Shown: positions 42,232-55,457 of the stretch, in pieces
Numbering within the stretch: the first letter of the stretch is position 1
How the letters are laid out: each line of letters opens with the position of its first letter
DNA from: the human T2T-CHM13v2.0 reference genome, Homo sapiens
DNA length: 64,000 nt
NCBI RefSeq assembly: GCF_009914755.1
Contig: NC_060938.1
Reading direction: 5' to 3' (one strand)
The notes under the pieces: generated by a model
What the model saw: only the letters and a program-made list of their open reading frames with translations
The model's database searches: none
Told to the model about the DNA's origin: nothing
Program-made: the position numbers and the translations under genes

Positions 42232-43717
42232 CACTGTGACACAGACACCTTCAGAAACCTCCTGGTCTGTTTGGGGGCCTTCCCTTGCTGGGCTCAACAC
42301 CCCTTGGTTTTGTCTGGCTTTGACGGGGCGTCCCTCAACCCTGGTTCTGGGGGGCCTGCGCCTCTGTCTGGTGTCTGGAATAGGGGTCCAAGTCAGGGGT
42401 CAGCTGCCTCCCGACCTGCAGAGGCTGGAGACAGACGTTCCTCTCAGGGTGTGGGCTGGGTGGTCCTGGATGGAGCTGACATCTGTGCCTGTATCGGGGG
42501 CCCCATATCTTGCTCCTTCATGGCTCTTAGCTCCCCCTGGCAGGACCTCCTCAGGGTGCTGGGTCTGTCCTGTCTGGGTGGGGCTGCCACCCAGGCCCAG
42601 TTGTTGGACGTCGTGGGCTGGCCTGGGGGGTGCAGGGTGCAGAGCAGGAAGGGGCGCACTCTGGTGGGGCATGTCCCGGTCATCCCTGTGCTCATGCCAT
42701 TTCCTGCCTTGGGCACCTGCATTCAACCCCGGCAAGGGCAGGGGTGGCCTCCCAGCCTACAGCCTGCCTGGGATCTGCTCTCGCCCTGGAACTGGGGACG
42801 GAGCCATCCTGGAGGTCAGCAGCCTCCTAGGACAGCAGGATTCCAGGCCAGCCCCTAGCGGGAGGCAGTGGGGATTTTGGCAGGGTCTGCGTTTTTGTCA
42901 GAGCTACCACCCAGAAGTGACAGTGAGAAATGCCCCAGCAATATGTCCCGTCCACAGCCGTCTGCCCACCCTGTCTTAGCCAGGGCTAGGGAGGGTGCTG
43001 TGTTTCTGGCAGGCCCAGCCCTTGACCTTCCTTGCAGGGATGAGGCCCTGAGAAGCTGAGCTGCTGGTGGTACTGGAAGAGGTCTCCAGGGCAGGGGGTT
43101 GAGCATTAATCGAGTGGCCTGGGTGGGGCCGGATCCTCCTGTAGGCTGGTCACTCAGGGTTTGGCATCTCTGGCTGATCCCTGCAGCCAGGTACTGCCGG
43201 GGTACTCACAGTGCTCTGGGCCCACTGTCTGGGCTCACAGCCTCATTTCCAGGGGGCCGGGTGGTGCTCCAAGCCTCAGTTTCCCCACTGTGGAGGGGAT
43301 GCTGCTGGAGGGATGAGGATCATAGAGGACAACCTGGCAGCTTCTGTGCCCGCTGCCCGTGGGACCCGGGCTGTGGGATGGGACAGGCTTCCCCATCAGG
43401 GCTGGGCCTGCCGGGGGCACAGCACTCTCAAATGCCCACAATGGGGGCTCCGTGGCTCTGTGACTCCGTGGCTCCGTGGTGCTGCCTGCACCTCTCAGGG
43501 CGGGAAGCTGCCTTTCCCTGCCAGCCTTTGATTTCTATCTCAATCATCCCTGCCCTGGAGCACAGACCTCCCACTGAGGGAACCCTCCCCACAGAGGGCC
43601 AGAGGACAGACAGCAGCCTTGAGAGCCCCAGGAGAAGCAGGTGAAGTGGATGCCTGGGGCTGCGCAGCAGGGGCCTGTCTACTTGGCCTGGTTGCTGCTA
43701 TGGGCGGCACCACTGTG

Positions 43718-43740
43718 GTAATCGTAGCCACTATATCCAC
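43718..43740 (-). CDS. IGHD5-12: D5-12 GTGGATATAGTGGCTACGATTAC
   Basis: cactgtg | cacagtc-12-acaataacc. Confidence 0.97.
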
Positions 43741-44684
43741 CACAGTCTGACATCGCCTGACAATAACCACACCTGGAACTGGAGGCGGGGCTGTCAGGAG
43801 GAGCTTCCCAGGGAGCAGGGAGGGCCCAGACAGCTGAGCCAGGGGCCCCCAGGACTGGGGACGTGGGGGGCTGCTTAGGTACCAGACATGCACAGTGTCT
43901 CCCTGGAGAGGCCTCTGCAGCCTCCTGGGCTCTGGGGCAGGCCTCTGGTCAGCAGGAGGCTGGGTGCTCCCCGGCATGTGCTCTCCTGCCCTCACTGGTG
44001 AGCTCCTATGTGGCCCAGTGTGGGCCCAGCTCCAGCGTCCACTCCTGTCGGCCTGGCCGAGGGTCCCGGCAGAACTGCGCATGGCTCCTTCTTAGGGGCC
44101 TCGAGGACTCTCTCTACAGCTGTACCTGGGGCTGGGGGCTCCACGAGTGGTCTTTTCCAGGTGGGGACGACAATGGCAGGTGTTTCTCTAGTGGCAGGTG
44201 AGGGGAACTGTCCAGGGCCTGGCCCTGCGGAACACAGCGGCCTCTCAGAGGAGGGTGTGCGGGAGTCCTGCCTGTTGGGAGCCTGGCGGATGCTGCCTTC
44301 TTGATTCCAGCCAGGATGGGAATCCAGGCAATTGGCAGGAGGTACTGGAATGAGGCTGGTGTCTACAGCTATTCAGGGTCCCAGGAATTGGCTGTTGGAA
44401 TCGGGGCATCTGTCAGGACAGGGTCTGGTATAGCTGGCAGGGAAGGGCCAGGTCACCTGTGGTCATGAGTGAGGTCACCTCAGAGCCCTCTGAAGCCCCT
44501 ATTTGGAGGAAGATGGTGTGCAGGGCACCAGCCCAGGCTGAGATGGCCCAGGTGTCCCTAGAGGCTGAGGGTCTGGGCACAAATCCTTGGGCCCGGCTCT
44601 TGTGCCCCTGGAGAGCTCCAAGCTGAGGCGTGCACACAGCCCCCGGGTTTCCAGCCAGTTTTTGCCACTGGGTTCATCACTATG

Positions 44685-44700
44685 GTAGTTACTGTAGTCA
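44685..44700 (-). CDS. IGHD4-11: D4-11 TGACTACAGTAACTAC (ORF class, J-side heptamer CATAGTG)
   Basis: cactatg | cacagca-12-acaaaaagc. Confidence 0.95.
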
Positions 44701-45565
44701 CACAGCAGGAGGGCCCTTCACAAAAAGCCCGAGTGTGGCCAGAGGCCTTTCCCACGCAGGCCCTGGTCCAGGCATTTGGGGCCCCTATTGACAGCGGTGC
44801 TGCGTCCTGGGGATCTCAGGCCGCTGTGATGCCACTGAGGACTGTCCTGGAAGAGGGTGTCCACTGGGGAGAGAGGCAGGGATTTCTGGAAGGTTCTTTG
44901 TCTCTGAATGTGGGAGGCGAGTCCTCTGTTGGCTTCCCCGGTGAGGTCTGGAAATGAGCAGGACTCAGGACGGCCGGGCAGGATGAGCGACGCCCAGCTC
45001 CGGCTGTCCCCAGGAATGTCTTCTGTCTTGGAAATGACCCAGGAGAGGCTCAGGTGTCAGGGCCAGGCAGGCCAGGGACCACAGGGGCAGGGACAGTGCA
45101 CAGGGCCAGCCCCTCCCTCCTGGTGCCCCTACTCAGACATGAGGGCTCTCAGTGTCCACACATGTGGCCCAGCCTTGAGGGAGGGGCTTCTGGGATCGCT
45201 GGCCTGATGGCAGCAGATGGTGCTGTGAGGCCGTCCCTGTCCCATTTGGACTGGCGTTGGGAGGGCAGCAGCGATGCAGACCCCTCGGAGCCAGATCTGG
45301 ATGACCTGTAGGGTGACCTTGGCCATCTGTTTCATGATCTCCAGGGCTGGCAGGCTGGAGCCCAGCGTGGTCAGTCACGGGCCTGTCCATCGTGCCTGCT
45401 GCCCTGCGGGTTTGGGTCACAGGCTGCACTGCTGTGGTAGCCACCATACCCATGGTGCTGTCTCCTCGATCAAAATCCTAACATGGCACGTACCGGTCCC
45501 CTGCAGGGAGGGCTGTGGCGGGAGGCTCCCAGGGATGGGTTTTTGATGGACTCTGTGACACTGTG

Positions 45566-45596
45566 GTTATAATAACTCCCTGAACCATAGTAATAC
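45566..45596 (-). CDS. IGHD3-10: D3-10 GTATTACTATGGTTCAGGGAGTTATTATAAC (*03-like)
   Basis: ggtttttga-12-cactgtg | cacagtg-12-ccccaaacc; YYYGSGSYYN. Confidence 0.97.
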
Positions 45597-45749
45597 CACA
45601 GTGACACAGACCTCACCCCAAACCTACCGCCCAGCCTGGGGAAACCCGGGATGTCCGGGGCTGACCTGAGGAGGCAGCAGGGCCCCATGGGGAGGGCTGT
45701 GGCGGGAAGCTTCCAGGCATGGGTTTTTGATGGACTCTGTGACACTGTG

Positions 45750-45780
45750 GTTATAATAACCAGTCAAAATATCGTAATAC
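45750..45780 (-). CDS. IGHD3-9: D3-9 GTATTACGATATTTTGACTGGTTATTATAAC
   Basis: ggtttttga-12-cactgtg | cacagtg-12-ttctaaacc. Confidence 0.98.
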
Positions 45781-46215
45781 CACAGTGACACAGACCTCAT
45801 TCTAAACCTACCGCCAGGCCTGGGGAAACCTGGGATGTCCAGGGCTGACCGGAGGAGGCAGCAGGGCTCTGAGGGGAGGCTGTGGGCCCAGCGCTCTCAG
45901 GTCTGCTGTGGGGACACTCGGGTCTATCCCTCGCTTATGTGGATAGTGTCCGTGCCCACCTGTGTCCTGAGGCTCCACCTCAGGCTGGCATCTGTCCCTA
46001 TGTCCCTACCCACCCCATGGCCATGTCCTTTCGGGTTCATAAGTTGCCCACAAATCACAGAGTCATCATTCTGGAGATTTTTATATTCCCAGGGCCACCA
46101 GCTGCCTCCACCCAGAAAGGTCAGATGTGGGAGACTTCTAGAGTCATTCCCCAACCCTGGATGAGCTTCTGCACCCTCAGTGCTACTCAGGCTCCAGCAA
46201 GACCTGGAGCAGGTG

Positions 46216-46540
46216 CAGGTGAGGCCCGAGGCCAGGTGAGGTCCAGGTCAGGTGAAGCCCAGGCCAGGTGAAGTCCAGGCCAGGTGAGGTCCAGGCCAGA
46301 TGAGGTCCAGGTCAGGTGAGGCCCAGGCCAGGTGAAGCCCAGGCCAGATGAGGTCCAGGTCAGGGGAAGCCAAGGCCAGGTGAGTTCCAGGACAGGTTAA
46401 ACCCAGGTCAGGAGACGTTCAGGTGAGTTGAGGCCCAGGTCAGGTAAAGCTTGGGACAGGCGAGGTCCAAGTCAGGTGAGGCCAAGGTCAGGTGAAGCCC
46501 AGGTTAAGTGAGGCCCAGGCCAGTGAGGTCCAGGTCAGGG
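46216..46540. repeat. 16-bp CAGGTGAG minisatellite, ~20 partly degenerate copies
   Basis: Paralogue of the 27642 array. Confidence 0.9.
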
Positions 46541-48279
46541 GAGGCTGAGGTGGATGTGTGAGGCGTCTGCAGTTTTCTCTGGGTGCTCACCCTGCCTGGT
46601 GTCCCTGCCCCTCCTCTCAGCACCCACTCTGTGCCTGCAAGGTGGTGGCCCGTGCACAGGTGGTGCTGGCTGCGGAGGTGCTGGGCTCTGCCTCCCTGTG
46701 CGTGGGCGTCCCTCTCGGGCTCTGCCTGGGGAGTGTGGCTGAGTTGCTTCTCTCTGGAATTCACTGACTGTGCCGTCCTCCGGGATATATGGCCCTGCGC
46801 TTGCTCCACATCAGGCCCCAGGAACTGCCAGCAGGTACCCGCCTGCCCTGCTGCACAGTGAGCCTGCAACCTGTCCGGGGATCCCAGGGAGGTGAATGCC
46901 ACCACACATCAGCCCTTTATCTCTTTAAAGTCGTTTATTTGGGGATACATCATCGATGTCTCATATACTAAATATATGTCTGTATCATTGTGCAATTGCC
47001 TGTGTCATCGCTTATTTATCCGACCTGGGTTAATGTCTTTGCTATTATGAACAGTGCTGGACTGAGAATTTTCTAAACACAACTGTGTGCATTTTCCTCT
47101 TCTTGCAATTTAGAAGTTTAACTGCTGTTTTCAAGGTACTGTAATGTATTCGTTCTGTTCTTGTTAGGAGACTTGCCCACCCTGTGTATCTCAGTTCATA
47201 CCCTCTTCCTTCCCCAGCAGAAGTAACCACCACTGTGTTTATGTGATCATCCTTTTCTTGGTTTTCTTTATGGTTTTCTAACTGGGAAATGTATCCCTTA
47301 AGAAGACAGTTCATTTTGCAGGGTGTAAATTTTATTTAGAAGAAATCACATTGAAAGTATTTTTTGGAGTTTACTTTGTTACTCCAATTACTCAGCATTG
47401 TCATGAACTCAACCAGAGTCGCTTATAACCCTGTACTTTTGTGCTTGTGGCTGTCTGGGTTTGCATTTCATGAACCTGCCATCGTTTATTTGCCTGTTCT
47501 CCTTCAGATGGACGTTTGCTTTGCTCTCAGTTTGGGGCTATGAGAAACACCTGTTGTGCACATCTTTGCCCATGAGGCTCTCAGGGAGGGCTCTGGGGCT
47601 GGCATTGCCTGAGGGTTCTGCTTTGTCACAGGGAGTTCCTGCCAGGGCTTTTCAGAGTGTCTGTGCCCAGCAGCAATGCCTGAAGGTGCCCACTGAACTT
47701 TGTCCTTGCATCAGGCACTTTCTGTGTGCTTGCTTCTGTGCTGCTCCACATTCTGGAGAATTTATTCAGATCTGTGCTGCAAATCCATCTCACTGATTCT
47801 CTCTTTAGCTGTGTCTACATCAGCTGTTAAGCATCCCATGATGCAGCAGTGTGGGCACAAGGCAAACTTTCGAAAGATGACAGTGTAGGATAGCGGCTGC
47901 TCCTCCTTCCCTGTGCTCTTCCCACGCTGTCCTCCTGGGCTCACTCCCAGCCATTGATCTCGAACACCAGTTTATGGAACTCTCTGCACAGGAAAGCAGA
48001 AACAGCAAAAGGCCCTGCTCAGGCTCTGCCCGCATCCCCTCTTACACACCCGCCAAAGCTCTTTCCTTGGGGCCTGTGCAAGCTTCCCCAGCTTGCTTCT
48101 CATTTTCTGTTTACTCTGCTCGCTGGCTGGTGGGTGTGATGTATGGAGGGGAGTCTGGTGCGTTTTGGGCATTGATGGACACCCCTGAGCCCTATTTCCC
48201 AGACGCTCCCCCAGCCCCTCAGCCCCAGAAGTGGAATGCGTTTGCAGTAGGGCTTTGGGAATGGGGCTGTGTCACTGTG

Positions 48280-48310
48280 GGTATAGCATACACCACCAGT
48301 ACAATATCCT
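48280..48310 (-). CDS. IGHD2-8: D2-8 AGGATATTGTACTGGTGGTGTATGCTATACC (*02-like)
   Basis: cactgtg | cacagtg-12-acaaaatcc; GYCTGGVCYT. Confidence 0.97.
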
Positions 48311-50975
48311 CACAGTGACACGAGCCCCCACAAAATCCTCCTGTCCCTGCGGGTGTCACTGAGCCCCATCTTGCTGGCTCTGGCTGGCTCTCCTGCTGAG
48401 ACTGTGCATTCCAGGGGGGTTTTGTCTGAAACTCTGGGTGTCTTGGAGAGGACTCTGAGCCCAGTGCTGAACAAGGGGCTCCTCCTTTGTCCTGGGGGAG
48501 TTGCATGGATCCTGTCTTCGGTCAAGGGAAGCGCCTGCTGGTGAAGGAGACCTCCCCTCCTCTGTTCTGCCAGAGCCCCCTCTGATGCTGTTGCCTGGTG
48601 TTTCTTGGTTGGTTCTGGTGCTGGGTCTCAGCAGTCTCTGCCCTGGTCCAGGTGGGACTGTGGGTCTGTCCTCTTTCCATGGGGTGTTGTGGGACCACCA
48701 GTGAGTGGCTTGGGATGTCAGTGGCTGTCCTCTGGCCCTATGGTGTGGGCTCGGGCTCACTGCTCCCCTGCCTCCAGGTCTGGCAATGACTCCGTTACTA
48801 CCCATCGGCCTCCAGGGAGGTTTGGTGTTAGACTCCGTTGACTGGGCGTCTTCAGGTCTCTTCCCAGGAGAGGCCTGTGAGAGGACTGGGATGTCTGGTA
48901 GCCCTGCATTCTCCTGTGATGCTGCTGCCTGGATCCCTCGTCTTTAGAGGGAGTGCCGAGCCTCCCTGCAGGTGCGGGCAGTGAGAGACACAGGCAGACG
49001 TGTGTCAAGGCGCTGGAGGCCGATTTCTTTCAGTGCCTTCTGCCTGTGGAAGGGCTGAGCTCCCTGCTTCTGTGCACAGGAGGCTGCCCTGTAACCGGGC
49101 AGTGAGGGTAAGGGCCCAGGCCTGCATGGGAAAGACTTGGGTAAGGCTTTGTCCCAGAAATACCAGAGCCAGGCCTGAGAGGGGAGTGGGGCTGGAGTGG
49201 CCAGGAGGAATGTGAGGGCATGGGCAGTGTGTGGGTGCGAGGGCACGGTCAATGCCATCCCTCAGGGGCCCTAGGAGAGGAAGAGCTCGAGCTGTGGGCA
49301 GGAGGAGCACGGGGGTGGGCACAGGCAGGAGAAACTGAGGGTCTTTGGCAGTGGAGGGGAGGGCCTGCAGGTGTAGGGTTGGCCTGGGAGAGGAGTTTAG
49401 AGGGAGGAAGACGGGTCTAGGTAGAGAACTGGGTGGGGGCTGTAGGGACAGGACCCCAGGGCTGTCTTGGTGGGTGGCAAGAGCAGCGGGGGAGAAAGGG
49501 CTGGAGGAGGGTCAGGTCTCCCCAGGGTGTGGGCTGCAGGGTCGGGTCTCCCCAGGGTGTGGACTGCAGGGAGGAGCTGCACAGGGTGCTCCCCCGAAGG
49601 AAGGAGGAGGGAGGAAGCACAGAGGCATTGGAAGTGAATGGAGAAGGAAATGGCAGTGACCTGAGTGCCAGGTGGTCCCCGTCTGGGGTTGGTCTGTGTG
49701 GGAACAGCTTCCTGGCCTGTGTGTAAGTGGACGGGGGAGGGCAACGAGGTCTGGGGCAGGAAGTCGTAGCAGCAAGGCAGGTCCCGGGCCTGGGGGTCTG
49801 GAGCTTATCTTCTTCCTGTGAGCTGTGTGTGGGCGGCCCCAGTGTGGGCGGTGCCCTAGACCTGTGGTCTGGTGGAGCCCAGGCCTCCCAGGGACAGCAG
49901 GGCAGCCAGGGCTAGAGGAGCCTGAGGGGCCAGGTCAGGGTGGCCCTGGGGCCACTGCCTCTACCTGTGACCAGCGCTGCTGGGGGGATCTGGGCATGAG
50001 ACCCCTTCTCCCAGGAGGGGAGGTGCGTGAGTGAGACCCTAAGTCCATATCCCATGGGGGCTCTGACCCTCCTGCAGGGGGCTCGGGCAAGGGTGGGTGG
50101 GGTGTGCAGGTGGGGGTGGGGGTGGGGAGCCCAGCCCCTCCCAGACGCACCCTGCTCTCCTCCAGGGTGTGGGCTTGGGCACTGCAGGGTGGCTGGGCCT
50201 GGGCTGCCTGGTGTGCCCGTGGTGGCTGCATTCCTAGAGTGGGGACTGAGGCCCAGTGGGGTCTGGAGAGGAGCCTGAAGGGGGCTCCATGGAGGACCTG
50301 CCTTGGATGGCACCCTTATCTTGGGGAAGACATGGGGTCCAGCTGGGAGGAAGGGTAGTGGGCCACCTGCTGGGGTTCCCCCTGGGGCCACCTCAGCCTG
50401 GGGGCTCTGTGCTTGGTGACCTGCCAGAAGTTCCTCCCTGCCCAGACACCAAAGTCTGTGCTGCACCAGGGCAGGAGGGAAGGGTCTGTGGCCTGCTCGA
50501 GGTCAGGCCCACAGTGGTGTCCCCTAAGCCTGAGTTTGCTCCCAAGTGCTCGCCCCGCAGCAGGCCCCAAGTGAGGGACAGAGATGGGACGGGAGTCATC
50601 AGGGTCGGGGTCCCCCAGGGTATTGGGGTGTCTCTGTTCCTGGAGTTGGCCCTGGATGTGGGGTTTGTGCCTGGGCTGCGTGGGGTTGATGTTGGGAGGT
50701 GCCACTGATCCCTGACTCTCTGAGGACACTTGTCAGAAGGGTCAACTCCAGCCAGGGGCAATGGGGCCATGGCAGAAGGAAGCCATCAAGCCCCTGCCCC
50801 GACCCGCCGGAGCCCCCGGCCCTTGTCCTCCCATCCAGTGGGGACACTGTGGGGCTCCAGGTGCACGGGGTCATGGGAGCCGGCAGAACATGGGTTTGGG
50901 GTGGCTGCTCCCCTCTCTGGCGGGGCCTCCAACTGTGGCCAGGAGACCGTTTTGGACGAAGCTTTTCTCACAGTG

Positions 50976-50992
50976 GTAGTTCCAGTTATACC
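50976..50992 (-). CDS. IGHD1-7: D1-7 GGTATAACTGGAACTAC
   Basis: cacagtg | cactgtg-12-tcagaatcc. Confidence 0.97.
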
Positions 50993-51478
50993 CACTGTGA
51001 CTCGGGGCTGTTCAGAATCCGACGGGGCGCCCTGTGCTCTGGGGCCTCCTGGGTGGGGGCTGGGCTTGTGGGCGGGGTCTCCTTCAGGGGCTCTGAGGCT
51101 GTGGCTCGTTTTAGGTGTGGGGTGAGCACTGTGAGCCCCAGCTAGCGGAACACCCACAGAGACCGAGGCCTGCACACATTCCGCCCCGGTGTGTGGGGTG
51201 GGCCCAGGACCCTCTGGGCAGGTCAGCCTCAATGGGGAGGGGGCTTGTGTCCTGCCTGGCTCCTTCTCTGGGTAGAGGGGACCCATCTCCTGGTCCTGGA
51301 CCCCCTTCAGCCTGCCCTTGTTCTTCCAGAAATGCAGGACATGGCAGGGTGCCATGGACAGGAGACGTCTGCTGGCCTGGGTGTCAGGTGCGGCCTCAGA
51401 TCCTAAACATGTCCTCCCTGCTCTCTCTGCATTCCGCTGACTTGGGATGGGGTTTCTGGCCTGGCGAGTGTCACTGTG

Positions 51479-51496
51479 GGACGAGCTGCTATACTC
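51479..51496 (-). CDS. IGHD6-6: D6-6 GAGTATAGCAGCTCGTCC
   Basis: cactgtg | cactgtg-12-tcagaaact. Confidence 0.97.
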
Positions 51497-53324
51497 CACT
51501 GTGACACAGACACCTTCAGAAACTTCCTGGTTTGTTTGGGGACCTTCCCTTGCTGGGCTCAGCGCAACTTGGTCTTTTCTGGCCTTGACGGGGCGTCCTC
51601 ATCCCTGGTTCTGGGGGGCCTGCCCCTCTGTCTGGTGTCTGGAATAGGCGTCCAAGTCAGGAGTCAGCTGCCTCCTGGCCTGCAGGGACTAGAGAAAGGG
51701 GTTCCTCCCAGGGCAGGACGTGGCAGTCCTGAATGGAGCTGAGGTCTGTGCCTGTATCGGGGGTCCCATATCCTGCTCCTTCATGGCTCTGAGCTCCCCC
51801 TGGCAGGACATCCTCAGGGTGCTGGGTTCATCCTGTGTGGGAGCGGCTGCCCCCAGGCCCAGCACTGCAGTGGAGGGCTCACTGAGGGGCTTTTGGGTCT
51901 TGCCTGAGCCGCTGTGGAGGTATTCCACTGTGAGAGGGTCCCGCACAGATTCTCCCATCCTGCTTCTCCTCCCAGAGCCTGGAGGGGATGGGATCCGGGG
52001 GTCCCAGAGGAGGATCCTGGACCCAGGGGAGGGGGGCCTCTTCACTGAACTCCCCTTCCTCCATTCCTCCCTCCCCGAAGCTGCCCAGTCGGCCCCCCTG
52101 CACCCCAGCCTCTGTCTGCACTGGCTGTGCCGGCTCTGGTGTAGGTGGGACTCAGGATGGTGTGGACGACGTGTGGCCAGGGTGAAGAGGAGGTGGGCGA
52201 GTCCGTGGGTGAGAGAGATGGGCTCATCCAAGATGGAGCACCCGCGGGGCCCTGAGCCCTCCCCCACACCGTCCCTGGTCCTTCCCTGCAGCCTGCCACT
52301 GTGGGAGCCATAGGCAGGGTGGACCATACCCTCTAGGAGGCTGGCACCTCCCTGGGTTCACAAAGACAGAGCCTCCTGCCTGGTGGTGCAGTGGCCCCAC
52401 TTCCTCCCTCAGCCCTTCCTGATGGCTTCCTGGGGATTCTGGATTCCCATGGGGTGATGAGAGGAGAGCAGATGGGAGGAGGGGCAGGGCTGGGTCCTGG
52501 GTAAGGGGGTGCTCGGGCTGGGGTCCCTGGAGAGAAGTTCTGGGCTCCTGGGGGCCAATCAGGCAAGCGTCCTTTCTGTCCACACCCCAAGGGTCCCAGC
52601 CAGAGCCAGGTGGGGGAACCATAAGGAGAGGGCATGTCCTGTCCTCCCCAGTCCTCTAGACAGGGTGGGGGCTGAGGGGTCCTCCCTAGGGCAGCACCGG
52701 GCAGTGACTCTGGTGTGGGGTTGTCGGATGTCATGGGCTGGCCTGGGGGGTGCGGGGTACAGAGCAGGAGGGGGTGGACTCTGTTGGGGGATGGCCCGGT
52801 TATCCCTGTGTTCAGGCCATTTCCTGCCCTGGTCACCTGCAGTGAACCCTGGGAAGGAGGGGGTGGCCTCCCAGTCTGCAGCCGGCCTGGGATCTGCTCT
52901 TGCCCTGGAACTGGGGACGGAGCCATTCTGGAGGTCAGCAGCCTCCTAGGACTGCAGGAGATCAGGCCAGCCCCTAGCGGGGGAGGCCGTGGGGATTTTG
53001 GCAAGGACTGCGTTGTTTGGGAGCCAGTGCCCCACTAGGCACAGTGACAGATACCCCAGCAGGATGTCCTGTCCCCGCCAGGCTGCCCACCCTATCTTAG
53101 CCGCGGCATGTGAGGTTGCCCATCCATTGGCCTTCCTTGCAGGAATGAGGCCCTGGGATGTTGAGAACAGACCTCCCACTGAGGGAACCCTCCCCACAGA
53201 GGGGAGAGTGCAGAAAACAGCAGCCTTGAGAGCCCCAGGAGAAGCAGGTGAGCTGGAGGCCTGGGGCTGCACAGCAGGGGCCTGTCTACTTGGCCTGGTT
53301 GCTGCTATGGGCAGCACCACTGTG

Positions 53325-53344
53325 GTAACCATAGCTGTATCCAC
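53325..53344 (-). CDS. IGHD5-5: D5-5 GTGGATACAGCTATGGTTAC
   Basis: cactgtg | cacagtc-12-acaataacc. Confidence 0.97.
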
Positions 53345-54289
53345 CACAGTCTGACACCCCCTGACAATAACCACACCTGGAACTGGAGGCGGGGCTGTCA
53401 GGAGGAGCTTCCCAGGGAATAGAGAGGGTCCAGACAGCTGTGCCAGGGGCCCCCAGGACTGGGGACATGGGGGGCTGCTCAGGGACCAGACATGCACAGT
53501 GTCCCCCTGGAGAGGCCTCTGCAGCCTCCTGGGCTCTGGGACGGGCCTCTGGTCAGCAGGAGGCTGGGTGCTCCCCGGCATGTGCTCTCCTGCCCTCACT
53601 GGTGAGCTCCTATGTGGCCCAGTATGGGCCCAGCTCCAGCGTCCACTCCTGTCAGCCTGGCCGAGGGTCCCGGCAGAACTGGGCATGGCTACTTCTTAGG
53701 GGCCTCAGAGACTCTCTCTACAGCTGTACCTGGGGCTGGGGGCTCCATGAGTGGTCTTTTCCAGGTGGGGACATCTACAGCAGACATTTGTCTAGTGGCA
53801 GGTGAGGGGGACTGTCTGCAGCCTGGCCCTACGGAACACAGCGGCCTCTCAGAGGAGGGTGTGGGAGTCCTGCCTGTTGGGAGCCTGGGGGATGCTGTCC
53901 TCTTGATTCCAACCGGGATGGGAATCCAGGCAATTGGCAGGAGGTGTTGGAAGGAGGCTGGTGTCTACAGCGATTCCTGGCCCCAGGAATTGGCTGTTGG
54001 AATCGGGGCATCTGTCAGGACGGGGTCTGGTGCAGCTGGTGGGGAAGGGGCCAGGGCACCTGTGGTCATCAGTGAGGTCACCTCAGAGCCCTCTGAAGCC
54101 CTTGTTTGAAGGCAGACGATGTGTGGGGCACCAGCCCATGGGCTGTCATGGCCAAGATGTCCCTAGAGGCTGAGGGTCTGGGCAGAAACCCTTGGGCCCG
54201 GCTCTTCTGATCCTGGAGAGCTCTGAGCAGAGAAGTGTGCATAAACCTTGGGAGTCCGGTCAGTTTTTGCTGCTGGGTTCATCACTGTG

Positions 54290-54305
54290 GTAGTTACTGT
54301 AGTCA
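54290..54305 (-). CDS. IGHD4-4: D4-4 TGACTACAGTAACTAC
   Basis: cactgtg | cacagta-12-acaaaaagc. Confidence 0.97.
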
Positions 54306-55426
54306 CACAGTAGGAGGACCCTTCACAAAAAGCCCCTGAGTGTGCCCAGAGGCCTTTCCCACGCAGGCCCTGGTCCAGGCGTCTGGGGCCCCCATTGACA
54401 GTGGTGCTGCGTCCTGGGGATCTCAGACCTTTCTGAATCTTCTCCGCCTGCCATCGAGGGCAGGAGGGTCTGACTCACCCTTGCGCGCTCCTGTCCCTTC
54501 CAGGAGGGGCTGAGGTGATGTCTGGCAGGAGGGTGTGCAGGAGTCAGTCCTCCCGGAGTTTGAGCCCTGGGGCAGATGCAGGGGGTGGGACGCCTTTTAG
54601 GGGTCTGGGAAGGGCTGGGCTGTGGGGCTGTCCCTGTGGGCCATCTTGTGTTCTGGGGGCAGTCCCGATCCAGATGTGGGTTCCCACTGTGATATCACTG
54701 AGGACTGCCCTGGAAGAGGGTGCCCACTGGGGAGAGAGACAGAGATTTCTGGAAGGTCTTTGTCTCTGCCTGTGGGAGGTGATTCCTCTGTTGGCTTCCC
54801 GGGTGAGGTTTGGAAAGGCGCAGGACTCAGGACGGCCAGGCAGGATGATGGACTCCCAGCTCCAGCTGTCCTGGGAATGTCTTCTGTCTTGGAAATGACC
54901 CAGGAGAGGCCCAGGTGTCAGGGCCAGGCAGGCCAGGGACCACAGGGGCAGGGACAGTGCACAGGGCCAGCCCCACCTTCCTGGTGCCCCTACTCAGACA
55001 TGGGGGGCTCTCAGGGTCCACACATGTGGCCCAGCCTTGAGGGAGGGGCTTCTGGGACTGTTGGCCGGATGGCAGCAAATGGTAATGTGGGCCAGCCCTG
55101 TCCCCATCCGGACTGGTATTGGAGGGCAGCAGCGATGCAGACCTGTTGGACTGAGGTCTGGCTGACCTATGGGATAATCCTGGCCATCTGTTTCATGGTC
55201 TCCAGGGCTGGCAGGCAGGAGCTCAGGGTGGTCACTTGTGGGCTTGTCTGTTGTGCCTGCTGCCCTGTGTGTTTGGGTCACGGGCTGCACTGCTGCGGTA
55301 GCCACCATACCCATGGTGCTGTGTCCTCAGTCAAAATCCTAACATGGCACGCGGCGGTGCCCCACAGGGAGGGCTGTGGTAGAAGGTTCCCAGGGATGGG
55401 TTTTTGATGGACTCTGTGACACTGTG

Positions 55427-55457
55427 GGTATAATAACCACTCCAAAAATCGTAATAC
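55427..55457 (-). CDS. IGHD3-3: D3-3 GTATTACGATTTTTGGAGTGGTTATTATACC (YYDFWSGYYT)
   Basis: ggtttttga-12-cactgtg | cacagtg-12-ccccaaacc. Confidence 0.98.
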
